A stretch of 64,000 nucleotides of DNA from a virus (Duplodnaviria > Caudoviricetes): the IMG/VR virus record IMGVR_UViG_3300037461_000646, positions 1 to 64,000 of that record; one strand, given 5' to 3'. The notes beneath the pieces were generated by a model that saw only the letters and a program-made list of their open reading frames with translations, was not told where the DNA came from and did not search any database. Position 1 is the first letter of the stretch. Each line of letters begins with the position of its first letter. Position numbers and translations under genes: made by a program. Positions 63,074 through 64,000 of this stretch are shown one piece after another.

Positions 63074-63769
63074 TTATTTCATAACTGCGTACTGACCAAA
63101 CGTGGTGATGGCCAGAGCAGTCTTTGCAGTGGAATCGCAGTTGACCAGCATACCGTCATACAGAACGGCATTGCTAAGAATGATGGGGGCATTCGCGCCT
63201 TGAGCGTTCACACCCGAACCAGTGTCCACACTCTTGGCAAGAATGGCAACCGCCACGGAGTAGTTGTTGCTGGCCCCTGCCTCAACGCAAACATAGGCTT
63301 TTCGCGCAACGGTGAAAGCCGTGCCGCCAATGTTCGCAGTCGAAGTGATAACAGCCATGTGCGGGTACGTGGTGCGGTCAATGGAAGCGATAGCCCCAAG
63401 ATTCTCAGCCGCAGTGGTGTTGTCATTGATGGTAATGTCATCACCGACTTTGAATTTGTAGCTATCCTCAATGGTCACGTACAGCAGCTTCGTGGCGTTG
63501 GTGCCAGTTGCAACCAGATAGGCCCTGCCGGGGTGGTTCTCAAGCCCGGTAAAAGCAGTCGGGTTGTAGGGCACGTACTTGCCGACATTGCCAGCAGCAG
63601 AGAGGTTCTTTGCAAGAACGGTTCCTGCGTCAAGCAGTCCATAGCCAGCCTGAAGAGTCACATCAACAACCAACGCAATCTCTGGGCGGCTGTAGTAGAT
63701 GTTTTTGTAGTCTTTCTGAACACCCCTGACAATGTGGGGGGTATCACCTTGAGAGTAACGATCTGCCAT
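63074..63769 (-). CDS. Head decoration protein (gpD-like) with insertion
   Basis: TLQAGYGLL.AGTVLA...GKYVPY; AVAIL..SVDT; precedes the capsid gene. Confidence 0.75.
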   Translation of the reverse strand: MADRYSQGDTPHIVRGVQKDYKNIYYSRPEIALVVDVTLQAGYGLLDAGTVLAKNLSAAGNVGKYVPYNPTAFTGLENHPGRAYLVATGTNATKLLYVTIEDSYKFKVGDDITINDNTTAAENLGAIASIDRTTYPHMAVITSTANIGGTAFTVARKAYVCVEAGASNNYSVAVAILAKSVDTGSGVNAQGANAPIILSNAVLYDGMLVNCDSTAKTALAITTFGQYAVMK

Positions 63770-63794
63770 GGGTCACTTCACCTCCTTTACTTTA

Positions 63795-64000
63795 TTATTT
63801 TTTGGTCTGACCAACGTGGGCCAGCAGCCGGTCGGTGTGCTTCTGAGCCTCTTCTGTCTTATCGGAGCCGGTCGGCTGCTTGACAGAAGTGCTTTCGCCC
63901 AGAACCACTTCACCTTTTTTGATGCCCATGTCAATCCAGCTTTTGATTTCGGCATCGACAGCCTCGCCAAAAGACTTGGCATCCAGGGCTTGGTCTTTCA
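63795..64000 (-). CDS. C-terminus of scaffold/prohead-protease-like gene (truncated by window edge)
   Basis: Open frame KDQALDAKSFGEAVDAEIKSW...DRLLAHVGQTKK-stop, followed by RBS AAGGAGG for the decoration gene. This frame differs from the ORF-track one. Confidence 0.6.
   Translation of the reverse strand, partial: KDQALDAKSFGEAVDAEIKSWIDMGIKKGEVVLGESTSVKQPTGSDKTEEAQKHTDRLLAHVGQTKK

Noticed and set aside
61537-63084. 515-aa + strand ORF (also 63200..63883)
   Set aside because: Antisense to the capsid and decoration genes; no recognisable motifs.
63773-63982. ORF-track 69-aa protein
   Set aside because: Wrong frame. The frame ending at 63795 is open to the window edge, reads like a scaffold C-terminus and leaves room for the next RBS.
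1-64000. tRNA, rRNA, integrase, CRISPR array, alternative genetic code
   Set aside because: None recognised. Intergenic gaps are mostly too short, and genes are intact under the standard code.

Overview
This window is part of the genome of a large tailed dsDNA bacteriophage (standard genetic code), probably siphovirus-like: it has a tail tube, a frameshifted chaperone and a 1562-aa tape measure, and no sheath gene is visible. There are two convergent blocks. (1) The + strand, 1-23097, carries replication, recombination and accessory genes: primase, DnaB-like helicase, beta-clamp, clamp loader, UDG-fused PolA, gp32-like SSB, RecA, 5'-3' exonuclease, resolvase, split SbcC plus SbcD, an SPL-like radical SAM enzyme with an HNH endonuclease, a metacaspase, histone-like proteins and a small protein ending in Gly-Gly. 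(2) The - strand, 23175-64000, carries virion genes (scaffold, decoration, gpE-type capsid, connectors, tail), then a block of five glycosyltransferases, two methyltransferases and one radical SAM/SPASM enzyme, three exported proteins, two giant Ser/Thr-rich proteins flanking another glycosyltransferase, and a membrane/lysis-like cassette with an orphan response regulator. The strongest signal is a candidate phage-encoded mucin-type O-glycosylation system. Capsid, tail tube and head-closure proteins carry appended poly-Thr/Ser tails, three large proteins carry mucin-like tracts, and one glycosyltransferase has motifs of polypeptide GalNAc-transferases. Also notable are a candidate ~210-nt structured RNA bounded by a promoter and a terminator, and a duplicated C-terminus left by an HNH insertion. 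All family assignments come from motif recognition by eye, not from database searches. The host cannot be determined here; a Gram-negative host is inferred from the lipoproteins and exported proteins.
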